Shown here: positions 37,994 through 52,400 of the stretch, piece after piece
Layout of the letters: each line of letters begins with the position of its first letter
Numbering within the stretch: position 1 is the stretch's first letter
Assembly (NCBI GenBank): GCA_030704615.1
Contig: CM060733.1
Coordinates: 64,666,001 to 64,730,000, forward strand
Direction of reading: 5' to 3'
From: Takakia lepidozioides
Lineage: Eukaryota > Plantae > Bryophyta
Length of the DNA: 64,000 nucleotides
Position numbers and translations under genes: made by a program
The notes under the pieces: generated by a model
What the model was told of the DNA's origin: nothing
Database searches by the model: none
What the model saw: the letters and a program-made list of their open reading frames with translations, nothing else

Positions 37994-40900
37994 ATTGTTG
38001 TTGTCTCCTTGGTGGGGATGAAATGGCCCATTTTACTGAACCTATCCACCACCACCATGATTGCATCAAATCCTTTTGACAGCGGCATAGCAGTCATGAA
38101 ATCCATCGAGACACTTTCCCAAGACCCCTCTGGAATCGGCAAGGGTTGTAACAGCCCCGCTTGCTTTTTGTACTCGCTTCGGTTTTGTTGGCATGTGGTG
38201 CATGTCTTGACATACTCCTCGGCCTCCTCCCTTAGTTTGGGCTAGAAATACTCTTTCTTCAAGAGTGCCGCGGTGCGCTTGGCTCCGCCGTGGCCCGCAA
38301 GCGGACCATCATGGCATTATCTCAAGAGACTATCTCTGATCCCTCCCTTAGGTACGTAGAGACGTTTTTGCTTATACCGGAGCAGTCCATTTTGCAACTG
38401 AAAGTGTGATTTAACCCCCATCCTTAAGTCCCGCATCACGGACTTCGTCATCTCATCCTTCCGGTAAGCCTTCCGGATCATTCTTTGGAGTGTCGTCTCG
38501 CCCTTGTACACCAATATGAGCTGCTGCTTTCTATTTAAAGCATCGGCCACCACATTGTCCCGTCCCGGTTTGTACTGGATATCCACGTCGAACAGTGCCA
38601 AAGTGTCTTGCCATCTAATTTGTTTTGGGAACAACTTAGGCTGCGTGGCAAAATACTTCACCGTGACATTGTCCGTGAACACCTTCACCGGGTTGGAACC
38701 AATATAGTGGCGCCAAAGCTCAAGGCAATGCTCCACCGCCTTCATTTCTTTCTCGTGCGTAGGCTACCGTCGCTCCACTTCATTCAGTTTCTTATTTTCG
38801 TAAGCCACTGGACGTCCATCCTACATGAGTACACCCCCAATTGCGAAGTCTGACGCATCTATATGGATCTCAAATGGACAGTCGAACTCCGGAATTTTGA
38901 GGACTGGAGCTTCCGCCATCCGCTGCTTCAACTCGGCAAAAGCTTGGCCACAAAAGGTGTTCCATACCCAGACTTTGGATTTACACAGGAGGTCTGACAG
39001 TGGCCCCGCGATCTTGGCGAAATTTCTCACGTACTTCCGGTAATAGGAGGCGAGTCCTAGGAATGATCGCACTCCCGGGACCGAAGTCGGAGGCTCCCAC
39101 TCCAAGATCGCCCTCACCTTTTTGTCATCCATTTTGATCCCATCTTCTGTAATCACATGCCCCAGAAACTCCACTTTTGTGACCCCGAATTCGCACTTTG
39201 GAGCTTTAGCATACAGCTTCCCTTCCCGCAACTTCTGGAACACCCTTTTTAGGTGCTCCAAATGCTCTTCTTTTGTTTTCGAGTATACCAAGATATCGTC
39301 GATGTACACGATCACAAAGTCATCCAACCACTCCTAGAAAAGGCTGTTCATTAGCGTGCTAAAGGTCGCGGATGCGTTGGTGAGCCTAAAAGGCATCACC
39401 AAGAACTCGTACGAACCATATCTTGTCCTGCACGCGGTCTTCTCCTCATCTCCTTCCGCCACTCGAATTTGCTGATAGCCGGAGCGCAAATCGATCCGGT
39501 TGAAATACTTCGCTCCTGCCAACCGATCAAAAAGGTCGTCGATCCTTGGCAAAGGGTACCGGTTTTTTATAGTCACCTTATTCAGAGCCATGTAATCGAC
39601 ACACATCCGTAGCGTCCCATCCTTCTTGTCTGCGAATAGCACCGGGGCTCCATAAGGTGACTTACTCGGCCGGATGTACCCCTTTGACATTAGATCCTTG
39701 AGCTGAGTCTTCAGCTCGACCAACTCTCCGTGGCTCAACCGGTAGGGCGCCTTGGCAGGCGGCTTCGATCCCGGTATCACCTCAATCTTGTAATCAACTC
39801 CCCTTCACGGTGGCAAACCGCTTGGTAAATCCTCCGGCATCACATCCTGGTATTTCTCCAAGATCCCCTTGATCCAATCTGGGCTCGGCTCCCCATTGTC
39901 TTCTCCTTTCACTTGTCTTACGTAAAGCAAAAACTGGGGCTTGAGTGGGTCCTCCACAACCCACTCCCTTGCTGACAGAAGGTTTATTCGCCCTCCCACG
40001 GGTTTGGGCGTTTCCGACACTCGTAAAACTTCGCCACCATTCCCATACGACAGCGTGACTACTCTCTTGCGGCCATCTATGACCGCTCCGAATTTGCTAA
40101 AAAAGATCATCCCCAAAATGAGATCCACTCCATCGATCTCGCAAATGGTGAAGTTCTCACGTCCCTCCCAACTCCCGAGCTGAAGATGAACATCGAACGC
40201 CAACCTCGTCGCCAATTGTGGTTCTCCTTTAGCAGAACGCACCTCAATAGAGGCCCCCACGTCACTTGTCGGGAGTCCCAGCTTCCGTGTCATTGCCGGT
40301 GTCATGAAGGAGTGCGACGCTCCTGTGTCCACCAACAACGACACGTTAGTTCCGGAAATTATCCCACTCATGAACAATAACTAACTCCCTTTACGCAGGG
40401 CGCCAGTTTCCTGATACAACTCACAAGAGTAGTTGCCTACCTTGCAAGTCTTGGCGACCACCGCTTCCACCAAGCGGCTGATAGAACCTTCCGACAGTTC
40501 TGTGGTCGCCCGAGTCATATTCAATTGTCGGGGTTTTGCGCACTTCTTAGCCATGTGCCCGGGCTCCCCGCAATTAAAGCACACTCCATCGAAGGTCGCC
40601 TTTTGTCCGCCATAAGCCGTCGTACCTGATTTTCTTTTCGGAGCACTGGGTGTTGTTTTGGCATGTGAAGGCCTTCCCTTCAATTTCCACGTGCCATTGT
40701 CGCCGCGCGGCCTATCCCACTTCTTTTCCGGTTGAAATGAGTCACCCTCCCGCCGGGTCTTCTTGTGGTTCAGCTTCGTACGGCCGTGTCTTTCGCCCCT
40801 AGGGACATCCGAGAAACATTCAGCCCTCTCAATTGTCTCGTTCAAAGTCTTAGGTGGCTTCTCCTCCAACTTCCGCCTGGCCCATGGGGCCAGTCTCGCC

Positions 40901-41981
40901 ACAAAGTTGAAGACCATTTCTGGTTCTGCCATGTCCGCGACTTCAAGCAACAGCACATTGAAAGCCTGAACATATCCCCGAATGTCATCCATTTGCTTCA
41001 AATTCCTCATCTTGTCCCGGGCGAGCCATGACGCGTTGAGGGACACAAACTGTCTCTTCATCAGTTCCTTGAACCCACTCCAGTTCAAGGTTTTTGGGTT
41101 TGGACCTCGGTTGTGAAGGCGTTTCTGCCACCATTGTTGAGCATAGCCCCTCAAATAGGTGGGAGCCACTTCCACCCGATCCTCGTTACTCAACTTGGCC
41201 GCCCGGAAGTACTGCTCTAGCTCCAAGAGCCAGGTGTTGAGTGCTTTCCGATTTCGGACGCCCTCGAAGGTGTCGGGTTCCTTAGGCTTCACCTTAAACT
41301 TTGCCTTAGTGGAAGTAGCATTAGCCGCCTTCAACACGTCTTTCAATGTCCCGCCAAACTGCGCCAACAACCCTTCCCAAAAAGCTGCTGGCATGGGAGG
41401 CATCTGTTGGTCGGTGGGAGCTCTCAGGAATTCCTCGGGCCCCAACTCCTCAGATTCGTCCCATTCTTGAGCGGCCTCGCTTTCAAAAGCATGCATCGCT
41501 TCCTCAAATGGCTGCTTCGGTGACACGTCGCCCCCATCGGGCTCACCATGATCATCATCTTTTGGGCCGTTCCGCTTTCGCTTTGGCTTGCCCGACCCCA
41601 TGATGAGGCCGATCCCAAGGACGATCGCGTACTGAACTCTAAGCTCTGATACCAAGTGTCGCACACCTTAGTTCGGCAAGCTCCCCTTCAATTTTAGTTA
41701 CTCGCTTTGATTCGCGCGCCTAACTCCCAAACTGGCCGTCGGGCTTCGGTTGCTCACCGGGACATAACGGTCCCCCTTTACTCCCCCAACAGACCCTCCA
41801 CCAATTTGGGCCTAGTGGAAATTCCCTTTGGTAGATGGCAGTCCGGAATAGCTCCCCACTCTTTGGTCGCTTTCCGGCTCGCTCGCTTACTCGCTAGTTT
41901 TTTGTCACCAACGGGCTTGCACCATTCTCGGGGTTACTACTCCCTATATATACTTCTGTGACTATCCGCGGGGGTTTCACA
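37994..41981 (-). mobile_element. Ty3/gypsy (chromovirus-like) retrotransposon, 3'-truncated in integrase
   Basis: 5' LTR 41657-41981, PBS TGGTATCAGAGC (tRNA-iMet), gag with CFNCGEPGHMAKKC, protease LVDTGASHSF, RT YIDDIL, RNase H DASDFAIGGVL, integrase HHCC and MDFM...VVVDRFSK. Several single in-frame stops. Confidence 0.96.
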
Positions 41982-42679
41982 AATAACCATGTCATTTTAT
42001 GGCGAACCACCATGAAGACCCTCGATTCTCGGTGATGAGTCGCGATGAGTCTTGGCCCACCCACCACGGCCCCATTGGTCTGTGATGAGTCCCAAGACTC
42101 CCCACGACTCCCACCACAAGGTCTCCGCCCCATGGTGAGTCCTATGCCACCCCCACTAAGTCCCACTAAGCTACCACCACCCCCTTGTGGAGCCACCCCC
42201 ACCGCAACCCGGTGTGCGGGGCTCCACCTAGTGAGCGCCTCCGCCTCCTTGAGTGCTTTGGCACTCAATGGTGCTTCAGCCCCCGCATCTATTGTTGCCA
42301 TTGCCCCCACCATAGGGGCAGCCTCTCTCGTGTCCTGACCCCCTCCCCTCAAGGCAAAGGGCCGCGACAGACTGGCTCTGCAAAGAAGTTGGCATTTGAG
42401 GGCGAGCCTATACGGCGGTATTCGGCGGTGACGTTTCCGCAGAGGACAAAGCTACAACCCCCAACCATCATCCAATGCGTCAATGAGAGCTTCTTTGACG
42501 CTTTGGCTACCAGGGCGAGGAAGGTGGCACACAACAAGTCTCTGGAGGAGCTAAAGGGGAAAGCCAAGAAGAGGGCTGCCGCTATAGAGCCTAAAGACAC
42601 CCCTGGTTTGGAAGCCATGATGGAATTCTTCACGGCTGTGAGCACGGATTGCAAGAGCACTCGGGGGGGGGGTTGAGAT

Positions 42680-44060
42680 GGAGAGAGTCTACGATATGAT
42701 TCTCCTCTAAAATACCTTGCGACCAAGGATTTGCGATTGTCACTGAGCAGTACTTGTGTGTGAAGTTCGGGCTGGAACAGGTTTACTGAGGATTACTGGA
42801 AAGCCGGGTTTGGGCTGGCGGGGATGCTCCTGGATGACGGTGGATGTATGGTGGTCGTTGCCACAAGAGGGAAGACCACAGAGAATGTTGTGGCAAGGTA
42901 GACACCGAAAGTGTTACGCCGGTCCTCCTCAAAAAATGGTTCTGCATCAATACGCAGGGGTTGCGAACAGAGGGCCAGAGTGTAAGTTATCAATCTATTG
43001 CATTCACTTTATATCATGGTGTATCTAAACTAGACCCTGGAATTGATCCCTCTTTTGTTGGATGTGCAGACATTGGTGTTTGAGGCATATTGTTTTGTGG
43101 AAAGAGGGTCTATGTTCAAATTCCGCAACGACGGTTATCTTGTTGATGCCGCTGTGGACCCTGTTACCTACGATGTCCTCTACAACTATGTGCCCCACTC
43201 CAGTATGCCGAAGGACACAAAGACAGGCAAACCGTGGCGGTACAGCCGGACCCGGAGCCCTGCTTTCATCCAAACCCTCATGGAGACGTGCTCCGATGTC
43301 CAAGGGCGGATTCTTGACCTCACATGCGGCACGGGTAAGCCTTCACGTGCACAGTTTGTCCCCTGGCCCGATTGCAATTATATGCCGCATGCTACTAACC
43401 GCCCGTTTTGTCCCTCAGGTGCTTCAATGTGGGTAGGGACGTTGTCTGACAGGCATGTCTTCACCTTCGAGCTAGATACTGCCCTCCACAACTCCGAACT
43501 TACAGCGGCTGAACGTCTCCCGAAAGAGGAAAAGGCATCCTCGGAGGATGAGGAAGAATCCGAGAAGGAGGTGGGGGAGGTACAAGTTGGGATCGAGGTC
43601 GAAAGCCCCCGGTTTACGAGTGAGTGGTCGCATTGTAAGTCGCATCCTGATTTCGTGAGGCACCTCCCTTTGCTCTCTTATTTCATTGAAAGACCATTTT
43701 TTGCTTCTGCTAGTATTGATATTCTTAAAGTGGATTTGTTCTTACTGCAGGATGCCAAGTACTGCAGGAGGGACGTCTACACCGCAGTTCATGGGCAGGA
43801 GGAACGCGTCTTTTTTTGCCAGGGGGGATTTCATGCCGAGTCTAGAAAGGGACTATATCCTTCCTACTTATGCTGCCCGGCTTGCTTCGGTGTCCATTAG
43901 GAGGTCTTCCGAACCTAGTCGTGTACAACAGATTTTAGACGAGGCAAGCCTCAAGAAAATGAAGATGAGAGAAGAGACAGCAGCTATTAGAGCCCGTCAG
44001 GCTCGTAGATTTGTCTTGGATTATGATGAGGAAATTGGGGGAGAAGAGGCAGAAGATTCC
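42680..44060 (+). pseudogene. Beta-class N4C/N6A DNA methyltransferase-like gene, copy 2 (most complete)
   Basis: YDMILL*/IPC (42690-42720, motif-IV position, frameshifted), GMLLDDGGCMVVV, WFCINTQGLRTEGQS | intron 42982-43069 | TLVFEAYCFV...PWRYSRTRSPAFIQTLMETCSDVQGRILDLTCGTG | intron 43335-43418 (ACTAAC branch site) | ASMWVGTLSDRHVFTFELD. Acidic tail and a probable further intron at 43620-43750. Confidence 0.8.
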
Positions 44061-44327
44061 CAGGAGGTGAGGTGGACAGTCCCCCAAGGAAAGGACGGAA
44101 TTTTTGAGAGGCATAGTGGAACTGATGCATCTCAAAGCTGGGAGGATGGGAGGATGAGGGGGATGAGGAGGAAGGTGGGGCAAGTTCCTCGAAGGGTGTA
44201 GAAGAGTAGTGCCCATTCCGGCTACGACAGTTAGGACACACTTGTATAGATGTGGCTTGCCACAAAATTTGCAATAAAATGTTGCATTTCATTGCTATGA
44301 CGAGTCCGCTAGTGCCACATTCCAACT

Positions 44328-47300
44328 TTACATGACCCTATTTACGTGCCTCCTAACCCTATTTCCGTGGACACACAATGGTCCGCTCATGCTTTTTTTT
44401 TTTTTTTTTTCCGCATGAGCACGCTTATGAAATAGCATCACCCATGTCTTGAGGTCTTTGTTCCACTCTCCACCCTGTCTTCCACTGATTACTTTGATGC
44501 TTGATTTCAATGATTTGATCACGCATCCAATCCGTCCGTTGCTCTGTGGCCAGTATGGGGCCGACTGCTCTTGTTTCATCCCGAATCGCTCATATATCTC
44601 TCTATAGGTCATTTGTTCCTCAAAAAATCGGGCAGTTGAGTAATCCGTGTGATCTGCAACTGGTCTGATTTCCACACACTTGGAGCATTGGCCGATTAGA
44701 GCATGACGAGTTCCTTCCCTCGCTCTTGGCACAGATCTCTCCTTGTCCACGACAATCCTGCAGCCCGTATCCTTCTTAGGTATGATTCTTCGTTTCGCAC
44801 AACCAGCTTGCAGGGTTCCTGTCACTTTTTTTGACTCGCACCATGTGCATGTCCTTATTGCTCGCTTGATCTCCGCAGTGCCACTATGCCAGCAGAAACG
44901 ATCACATATTTTTGCCTAGATTTTTCCTTACTCCACAATATCCCAATCTAGTGCGTCTTCTTCTTATGTAATTTGCCTTTCTCTTTGTACTCCTTGGAAC
45001 CACAAATCCCTTGGGCATCAAGCCTCCATTGCTCTTCTGATAGTATTTGTTCTGTCCTTGCACCCACATTCTCTCTTTCCTTGTGAGAGATAACCATGAA
45101 TAGGGCCAGTTTTCAGATGGCACACCGCTTGTTCCTCATTCCATGTGTCACCTTGATACTTCTTCTTGCTGTTGCGCAGGTCATAACTGTCTTCACCACT
45201 TTGCTCCAGTTCCCAAAAAGTTAAGTTCCCCACTGCTGCTTGTTTTCCCTCTTTGTCAACAGGCTTTGCTGCTCTGCCTGTGTGATTCTCTCCATCACAT
45301 GAATCCTGTAACTCCTGATTTGCTGTTTTGGTTGTCCCATCCTTGGTATGTTTTCTCTCTTTTGCTGTCACTCTTGCCACTCTCTGACCCCTTTTGGTCA
45401 CTTGTGCAGGCCCTGGCTGCTGCCCACTCTCATCAATGCATGACCTGTCTACTGCCTCTGGTCTCATCAATTCATGACTTTTCAGAATGTGCGTGCAAAA
45501 TCTGGGAGTGAACAAAAGTCATTTGGACCCAAAACCACATTTTCTTCCCTCATTTGCACTTCAAAGGACCCCACTTGCTTGCTTCCTCTTTGTCATGTGC
45601 ATCTTGACAGGCAATCCGAACTTCCCTTGCCTCAGTGTCCTCTTTTCCTGACTGTAGTTCAACTTTTGTTTGCTGATGCATTTCTTTTATGTGCACGTCC
45701 TCAGCACCTGAACTTCTCCCAGTCCTCTTAAACAAAGGCAAGTCCCCACTCATTGTCTCCCTTTCTGTCTGAGCCGCTCCTTCAATGTCCAACCCATGTT
45801 TATCCCTCTTCTGTGCAGATTTTGGTCCATCTTTCATACCCTGGACCAGCCTAGCCTTGTCTTCATGTTGCCATGTGTTACTGCCTTGATGCACTGCCCT
45901 CACACATGTAGTTTCTCCACTCCTTTGTTTATTTTCCAGACCTGCGCATGTTTCATACGTGACATCCTGGTAAGTGTTGATGATTTCTTTGATGTCACTT
46001 TTTTTTGCTATTCCTCCCTTCCTGTGATTTTGTCGCATATTACCATCCTTCTTCACATGTATGGCCTTCAATTCCTCATCTTTTTGTGTGGTCTTTCCTG
46101 AATAATTAGCATTCTCACAGGTGGCCCTGCTTGCACCTGTCACACTTGAACAACTTACTTCTGAACTGTCCCTTGATGTCTCATTCAGGTGTGTTTGCCT
46201 TCTTTGGTGGCACCAGCTTTCCCTTGTAAGTAAGTGCTCCCTCCCTGAACAAGTATCCCTTGGCTTGTTTCATCACCCTCCTTCGTTCGTTGTACTCCAG
46301 GTAATCATTCGTTTCTCCAAAGGTCAAGAATATCTGGCTGCTTTTCCTCCTTGCTGACCAGTGTTGACCTGATACACTCCGAGTTTTCCACTTCCTGTTC
46401 TGCTTCTTGAATCATCTGCCACTGCTGCGCTTTTGTCATAGTCGTACTCCATAAATTTCTTACTTTGGTGCTGTACTCACTCTCTGTCTCGGATTCCTCT
46501 CTCTCACTTCTTACTTGTCTCACTGCTCTCTTGGTTTTGTTTCCTCATTCCAGGTGATGGTGTTTCGCTGTTGTCTCTCGCCTTCGATTGTCGCTCATAC
46601 CCCTGTGAGTATGCAAAGCCTTCTTCTTCCGCTGGTATTTCCCCACTTATCTTTCCAGTCTCTTGCTGTTCTCCCTCATCTTTCTTGCTGTCACTCACAG
46701 TTTCCTGCTCTTCCCTCATCTTATCTCTCTTTGCCCCTCTAGTGGTTACCATATTGATGACAGGCAGTAATCTTGCTGTTGTTGTAACAGGTTCTTCTTT
46801 CTCTCATTACTCATCTCTTGTTTTTGAGCCGCTTCTACCATCAGGTTGTCACTGTCCTTTCTTTCCACTCTTTTGGTAAATTTGTAGTGACTCCATCCTA
46901 GAAACCCTTCCAGGCCCCTAGCTTTGCTGTGGTATCACTCGAAGTTGCTGTCCACTCATCTGCCTCCCATTCAAGATGAAATTCTTCCAGACCTGGTACT
47001 TCTCCCTCTGATTCCTCACTTTTTGCATCTTGTGGGTTTGCTTCACTATCTCTCTTTGCAGTCTCACTTTTTCCAGTGGTCTGATCTCTCTCTGGTGGTA
47101 TGTGATCAGATGCTAAATAAATCTCCTCATTATCTTGTTTTGTTGCCCAAATCTCAGGTAGCCAAGATTGGTATAACTCCTCCATGTTGGTAACACAGTC
47201 ACCTTCTTCCCTTTTCATCTCTGTTGTTTCAGCCATTAATTCCCCTGCTGTTTGACTCCCCCTACTTGAGGAACCCATGCTCTCATAACTTTCTTTCACA

Positions 47301-48410
47301 CAACACTCACTGTTCCTAATAAATTTCCCTTTTCCTTCTATCTCATGTATTGCAGATGGAGTACTTCAGAAGTGTGTGCCTTTGGTGGTCCCTTCCCTGC
47401 TGGCATCATGTTTCTGATTGGGGAAGTCCCCTCCTTCCCTTCCCTTTGATTCTCAGTACTATCCTTGAACTGTTCAGATCCCCTGTTGTTTGACTCTTGA
47501 CTGGTTGCAGTGGGAGGTAACCTTTCACTTTCTATCCATCTGTGCCCTGAAACCCTAATGCAATACTGACATTATTGCTATTTTTCTTTCTCGCTGTGCT
47601 CGGGTCTCTCATCTTTGATCATATTCACTCCAGGGTATAACAACTCAAACCTAACCCTCTTTTTCTTCTTGTCATCACTCTGGTGTTCTGCAGATTTCTC
47701 TTCTTCCCTTGAGCCACTGTCCATGACTGAACTCTCAGCTACACTCTCTTGCTCACCCACGAACTTGAAGGAGAATCCTTGAGTTAAATCTGATCCTCTC
47801 ACTTTGCCTGTCAATACCCATATCATGGATTTCATTTGTGCCTTCAGCCAGAATTTTCGTCTTGTTAGTTGACTTCTGAATCGCCATGGTGCCCATATAA
47901 AGATGTAATACTCCCTTTCAGCCAGGCTCTGTACTATTCTAAAGAGAGGATGTCCTTCCCTTATTGCCTCAGCCTTCTCATGCCTAAATTCCTGCAGTTC
48001 CTGCCAAGCATTCCCTGCCTGTACGCCACTCTCATTCTCACCTCTGCACTTGACCTCCCCTTTTTTGCTGCTGTCATCAGCTCCTGACCTATCCCCCTTT
48101 GCTTCAGGAACGTATGTTAACTCCATAAGGTGAGAACCCCTCTGGTCATCTTTGACTTGCAGATCTCCCTTTCATTATGACTTGTCGCTTGTTGCCATTG
48201 CTGTCCCTGACCTCATTTCTAGGCTGCTGTTCAGAATGCTCTTCATCAGCTCCATCACACGCATCACCCTACTTATGAGAGTTCGTACCTCTTATTGTCA
48301 CTTCCAGATTTCTCTCTCCATCTTCCTTAATATTTTTCACATTCACCTTTGCTGATTTGGGTACTTGGTTCTGAAACAGGTTCAGATCTGCTCCCAAAAC
48401 ATTGTCATCT
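44328..48410 (-). mobile_element. Highly degenerate gypsy-like element (integrase remnant)
   Basis: SAPYWPQSNGRIGCVIKSLKS (integrase core) and RFCWH...RTCTWCE (HHCC region). The upstream GA-rich broken ORFs cannot be assigned. Confidence 0.55.
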
Positions 48411-48429
48411 GATGATGGATAGTTTAGGT

Positions 48430-49490
48430 CTAATGGCGATTGGGGATTTGAGGAGGGCCAGACTTTTGTTGATTAGTTTGGATGCGGTGGCGGATCAGCT
48501 GGATGCCTAGGTATGGTTCGTCTGGCCCGAGAAAAGGGAATGGTTTGTGTTGATAGTGGACATATAATTTACAATGGGAGGCAATGGCAGATTTGGTGCT
48601 GTGATGTGTGGCGACGGTGATTGCGCATTTGTGGAGGCTAAGTTTCATGCCTGACCATAGGTTGAAGCGGTGTAGTTTAGTGACTTGTCGGTTTAGGTGT
48701 TGTGGTTTATGTGCTAGGAAGGCGAGGTCATCGGCATATGCTGCTGCGTATATGTCACTGGAAGAGGTTTTCACCTGAGGAGGGGTTTTAAGAAGATTAT
48801 AAATAGATAGGGGTTAAGGGTATCACCTTGAATGGTACCTCGTAGAATTAGGATAGGAAGGGTGGAGCTGGATTAGGTTCCTGTATATTCCGTGGTACCA
48901 TTTGTATAAATATTGCCGATGAGCTGGATTGCGTCTATGGGGTAGTCCAGTCAGTCATGATGGCAAGGAGACAGTTATGGTCAAGGGAGGCAAAGGCATT
49001 CTTAAAATCTATGTAGAGAAGGTAAATGTCTTGTTTTGTGAGCTTAGCATATCTAATGTAGAGTTGACATGTTGTATTTGTCTGAATGTGCTTCTTGTGG
49101 CTCGGAAGCCTTCTTGCAGGTCACTAAGAATGCGGTGTTGCTACCCATAGGCAGAAAGCATTGTGGTAAGTGTACTTGTAAAGAGTTTGTATATGGTATT
49201 GGCCAATGCAATGGGTATGTAGTTACTGAGATCGGTAGGGTCGCCTTTTTAAAATAGTAATATAGTGCGGATCAAGAATGCGGGATACGTTTTAGTTGGT
49301 AGCATAGTCTGAAGAAGGTGAAGATGAGGATGGCGATGGGTATAAAGTCAGGACCTGGGGCTTTGGGTTTGGATCGAGCTTTGAGACATGTTTAGTAAAT
49401 GTCAAAAGTGAAGGAGTTAAGGATGAGGTCGGCTGAAGAGCCTCGTTTATCTAATGCGAAGCCATCTATGTCATGCCATGGGTAGTGCTT
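48430..49490 (-). mobile_element. LINE reverse transcriptase fragment
   Basis: APGPD, LANTIYKLFT, YIDFKNAF.SLDH, RGTIQGDTLNPYLF, AYADDLAFL, WSGMKLSLHKC. Confidence 0.9.
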
Positions 49491-49494
49491 TATT

Positions 49495-52400
49495 TTAACC
49501 AACGGCAGTCAGTACCCGTAAGCAGCGACGGACTCCCCCGCCCACGACAAAATCACCAGTGGATCTACTGACTCTCAATCTAAGATCAAAGCGCCCTCCT
49601 GACGCACTCAACAGTGAAGCAAATAGCAGCCACTTAGACCCCAAGAAATCCAGAGGCCAGCATGCACAAGACCAACTCCAATGCATGGACACATCAAGCC
49701 CACCCACCCATCCTCAATTCTGGGTGGGATACCAAGCATTTGAGTACCAGGCAATTGAATCGCAGCTCCCCACCATTGTTGAAGAAAGGTCAGGCTTTGA
49801 ACTCCAGAGCCCAGGACTTAGCATCCCCGAAATCGATGAACTACAGAACTGCCCGAAGGCTTATCCGCACATCCCGCAACTCTCGTTCCCAGTAGTACGG
49901 CCGGATGGGCGCAAAGGCCAATTCTACCCTCTCACCCCAGCTACCAAAAGGTACTGCCATCGACCCTGTGTCTGGCCTCCCGGAGCCCCCCCCCCCCAAC
50001 ATCTTGATCCGTTTTGACTCGGACACAGAAATGCCCAAGGAGCAAGCTCTCATGCGTGCTCGCAAAAGGTTCGAGGTCATGAATATCCCACTAGGGACCA
50101 GGCTGTACTCTCCAATCATAACATACTCCAAGCAACGCAGTTCAACATGAAATGGTGTCAAAGTGGAGCTGCTCAACCCCGCAATTGATGGACTCGCCCT
50201 CCTGCAAGGTAATCGCGCATTCGTCCTCAACATGGCCTCCGGGATGCCTCTACAAGGGAAAATCGAGAAGGCTTACAAACAACTGTCGGCATCAGCTGAC
50301 TTCCTGTCACTCTACCTGGCGAGCGCGGTACTCCTAGGTACGATTGCGAACAAATTAACTATGCACCTGGCCACAGAAACGTACTCACACAGGGACGAGT
50401 TCGAAATCTTGTACGTTGCCAAGACTGGACCCGACACCAAATTTTGCTTCATATATGTAGCCACTCTAGATACCAAGACACGTATGATGGCCTACGGCGT
50501 GCGCATCAACCACATGCTCATCAAACCTCAACTCCGCGCAAGACAAACCAGTATGACGGGCATTGCTGCAACCGCACAAGAAATGTCAGCTGAAAGAGAT
50601 GCCGTGAAGAACCTCAACCCACTCCACTCACAAGCAACCACGGAAGCAGCTATCCGAAGCATGATGGGCAAAGACAACGTCGAGCAAATCCTCTTCAACA
50701 AAGTTGCCAAATCGGAGAAAGTCCGGCACAATGGTATGATCCTTATCATCTGCAAGAACCCCAGTATCTACACCCAACGGTGTAACCGACCCCACGTACT
50801 CATAATTGACAAGCACATCCGCTTTGAGCCACACACACGGAGCTTGAACGGATCCGACCCACCTGCTGCAGAAATTCTGGAGCGTCTGAGGGTGGCCAAT
50901 ATAAACCAAGCACTGGCGGACACTATCAACTCTATCAACATCAAGCCTGACACAAAGCTCCAAAACGGGCACGAGTCCATGATGACAGATATTGACAGGA
51001 AACTCGCCGCCCACGCCATATCAATCAAAACCGACATCAAGGAAGACCTTGCGGCCATGGAATCCAGGGTCGCCATCACAATGACAGCCCAGCAGGAAAC
51101 ACACCGGGCTTACCTGGTAACACATCAAGATTCCATCACCAAGAACATGATGGCCAATTTGGCCAGTTTCTACGACCATGCAGACAAGTATCTGGAGCAA
51201 CTACCTCTGCCGCCATATCAAGACACCAAGAACATGGTGGCCAATTTGGCCAATTTCTACCAGGCAGTAAAGTATCTGGAGCAACTACCTCTGCCGCCAT
51301 GTATACCCAGTCAACAAGGAGGGAACAATGCCCCCAACCACATAACGACTGCCCACGGTAACAGAGCAGCGAACTTCATAGAGCTGCCACCAATCACCAC
51401 CCCCCTCCCCCCCCCCCCCCCCCGCCACAATTCGATGGGTGCACTCAAGGGCGCTCCCGCGGCCCTGCTACTTACGGCGCCACCACAACACCTGCCACAA
51501 GCCAGCCACACGCCCAACACCCTACCCGCGACGAATGCATATCGGCAGCAGAATCGCGCAGCTCCTCGGACTCCTGCAACCAGCTACCCCACGGATCATA
51601 CTCTCTTACTCGCTATGTGATCCCTCTGTTCTGCCTCTGGATCCTATCCCACACCAATTTTGTACTCTCTCTCCCTTCTAAGCAATAGAATGACTCCATC
51701 GCGATTACAAATTCATTCTCTATGATCCATTCCATCACTCCCACACTACTTCATCACGCTCTGTTACAAAACACCACCATACTCGCTATGCTCGCTACTT
51801 ACGCCAAGCTCGCCTCAAAACACGATCGCGGAACTCCTGCCAAGGCATCTACAAGCCTCATGTGCCTTACCCCCCCCCCACACACTCGTAACGCTCCACA
51901 TCATCGCCCACTTGTACCCCGTCTGCCCCACCCAACTAATGCCACACACGTAGCCACACTCCAACCCGGACACGTCCCCCTCTCTAATCAAATCAAATCT
52001 CCCCCCCATTATCCCCCTATCATCCATAACCGACACTTCATCCAACCGCCAGTACACACATTTGTTCCCCACTCATCATCCATCTGTCATCCGCCAAACG
52101 ACTCAACACGCTTTCATCCAGGTTATAATCCCCCTCAAAAGATTTCATCCAACCAGTCTATTTTAAGACATTCATCCCTTGCTCACACCCACCTCCATAC
52201 ACTATCATCTTCACCCTAACTACCCATATCCCCAGCTACCCCCTAATCCAATACCACACCCCACCCACAACCACTCTACGCCCCACATACCCACAGGCCG
52301 ATGTACTATAGGTCTATATCCACATATACACTACTCCCTCACCCTCCCTCACACTGCAGTACCAGTAGCTCCACTCTCACCCAAGACCATGCTCATATAG

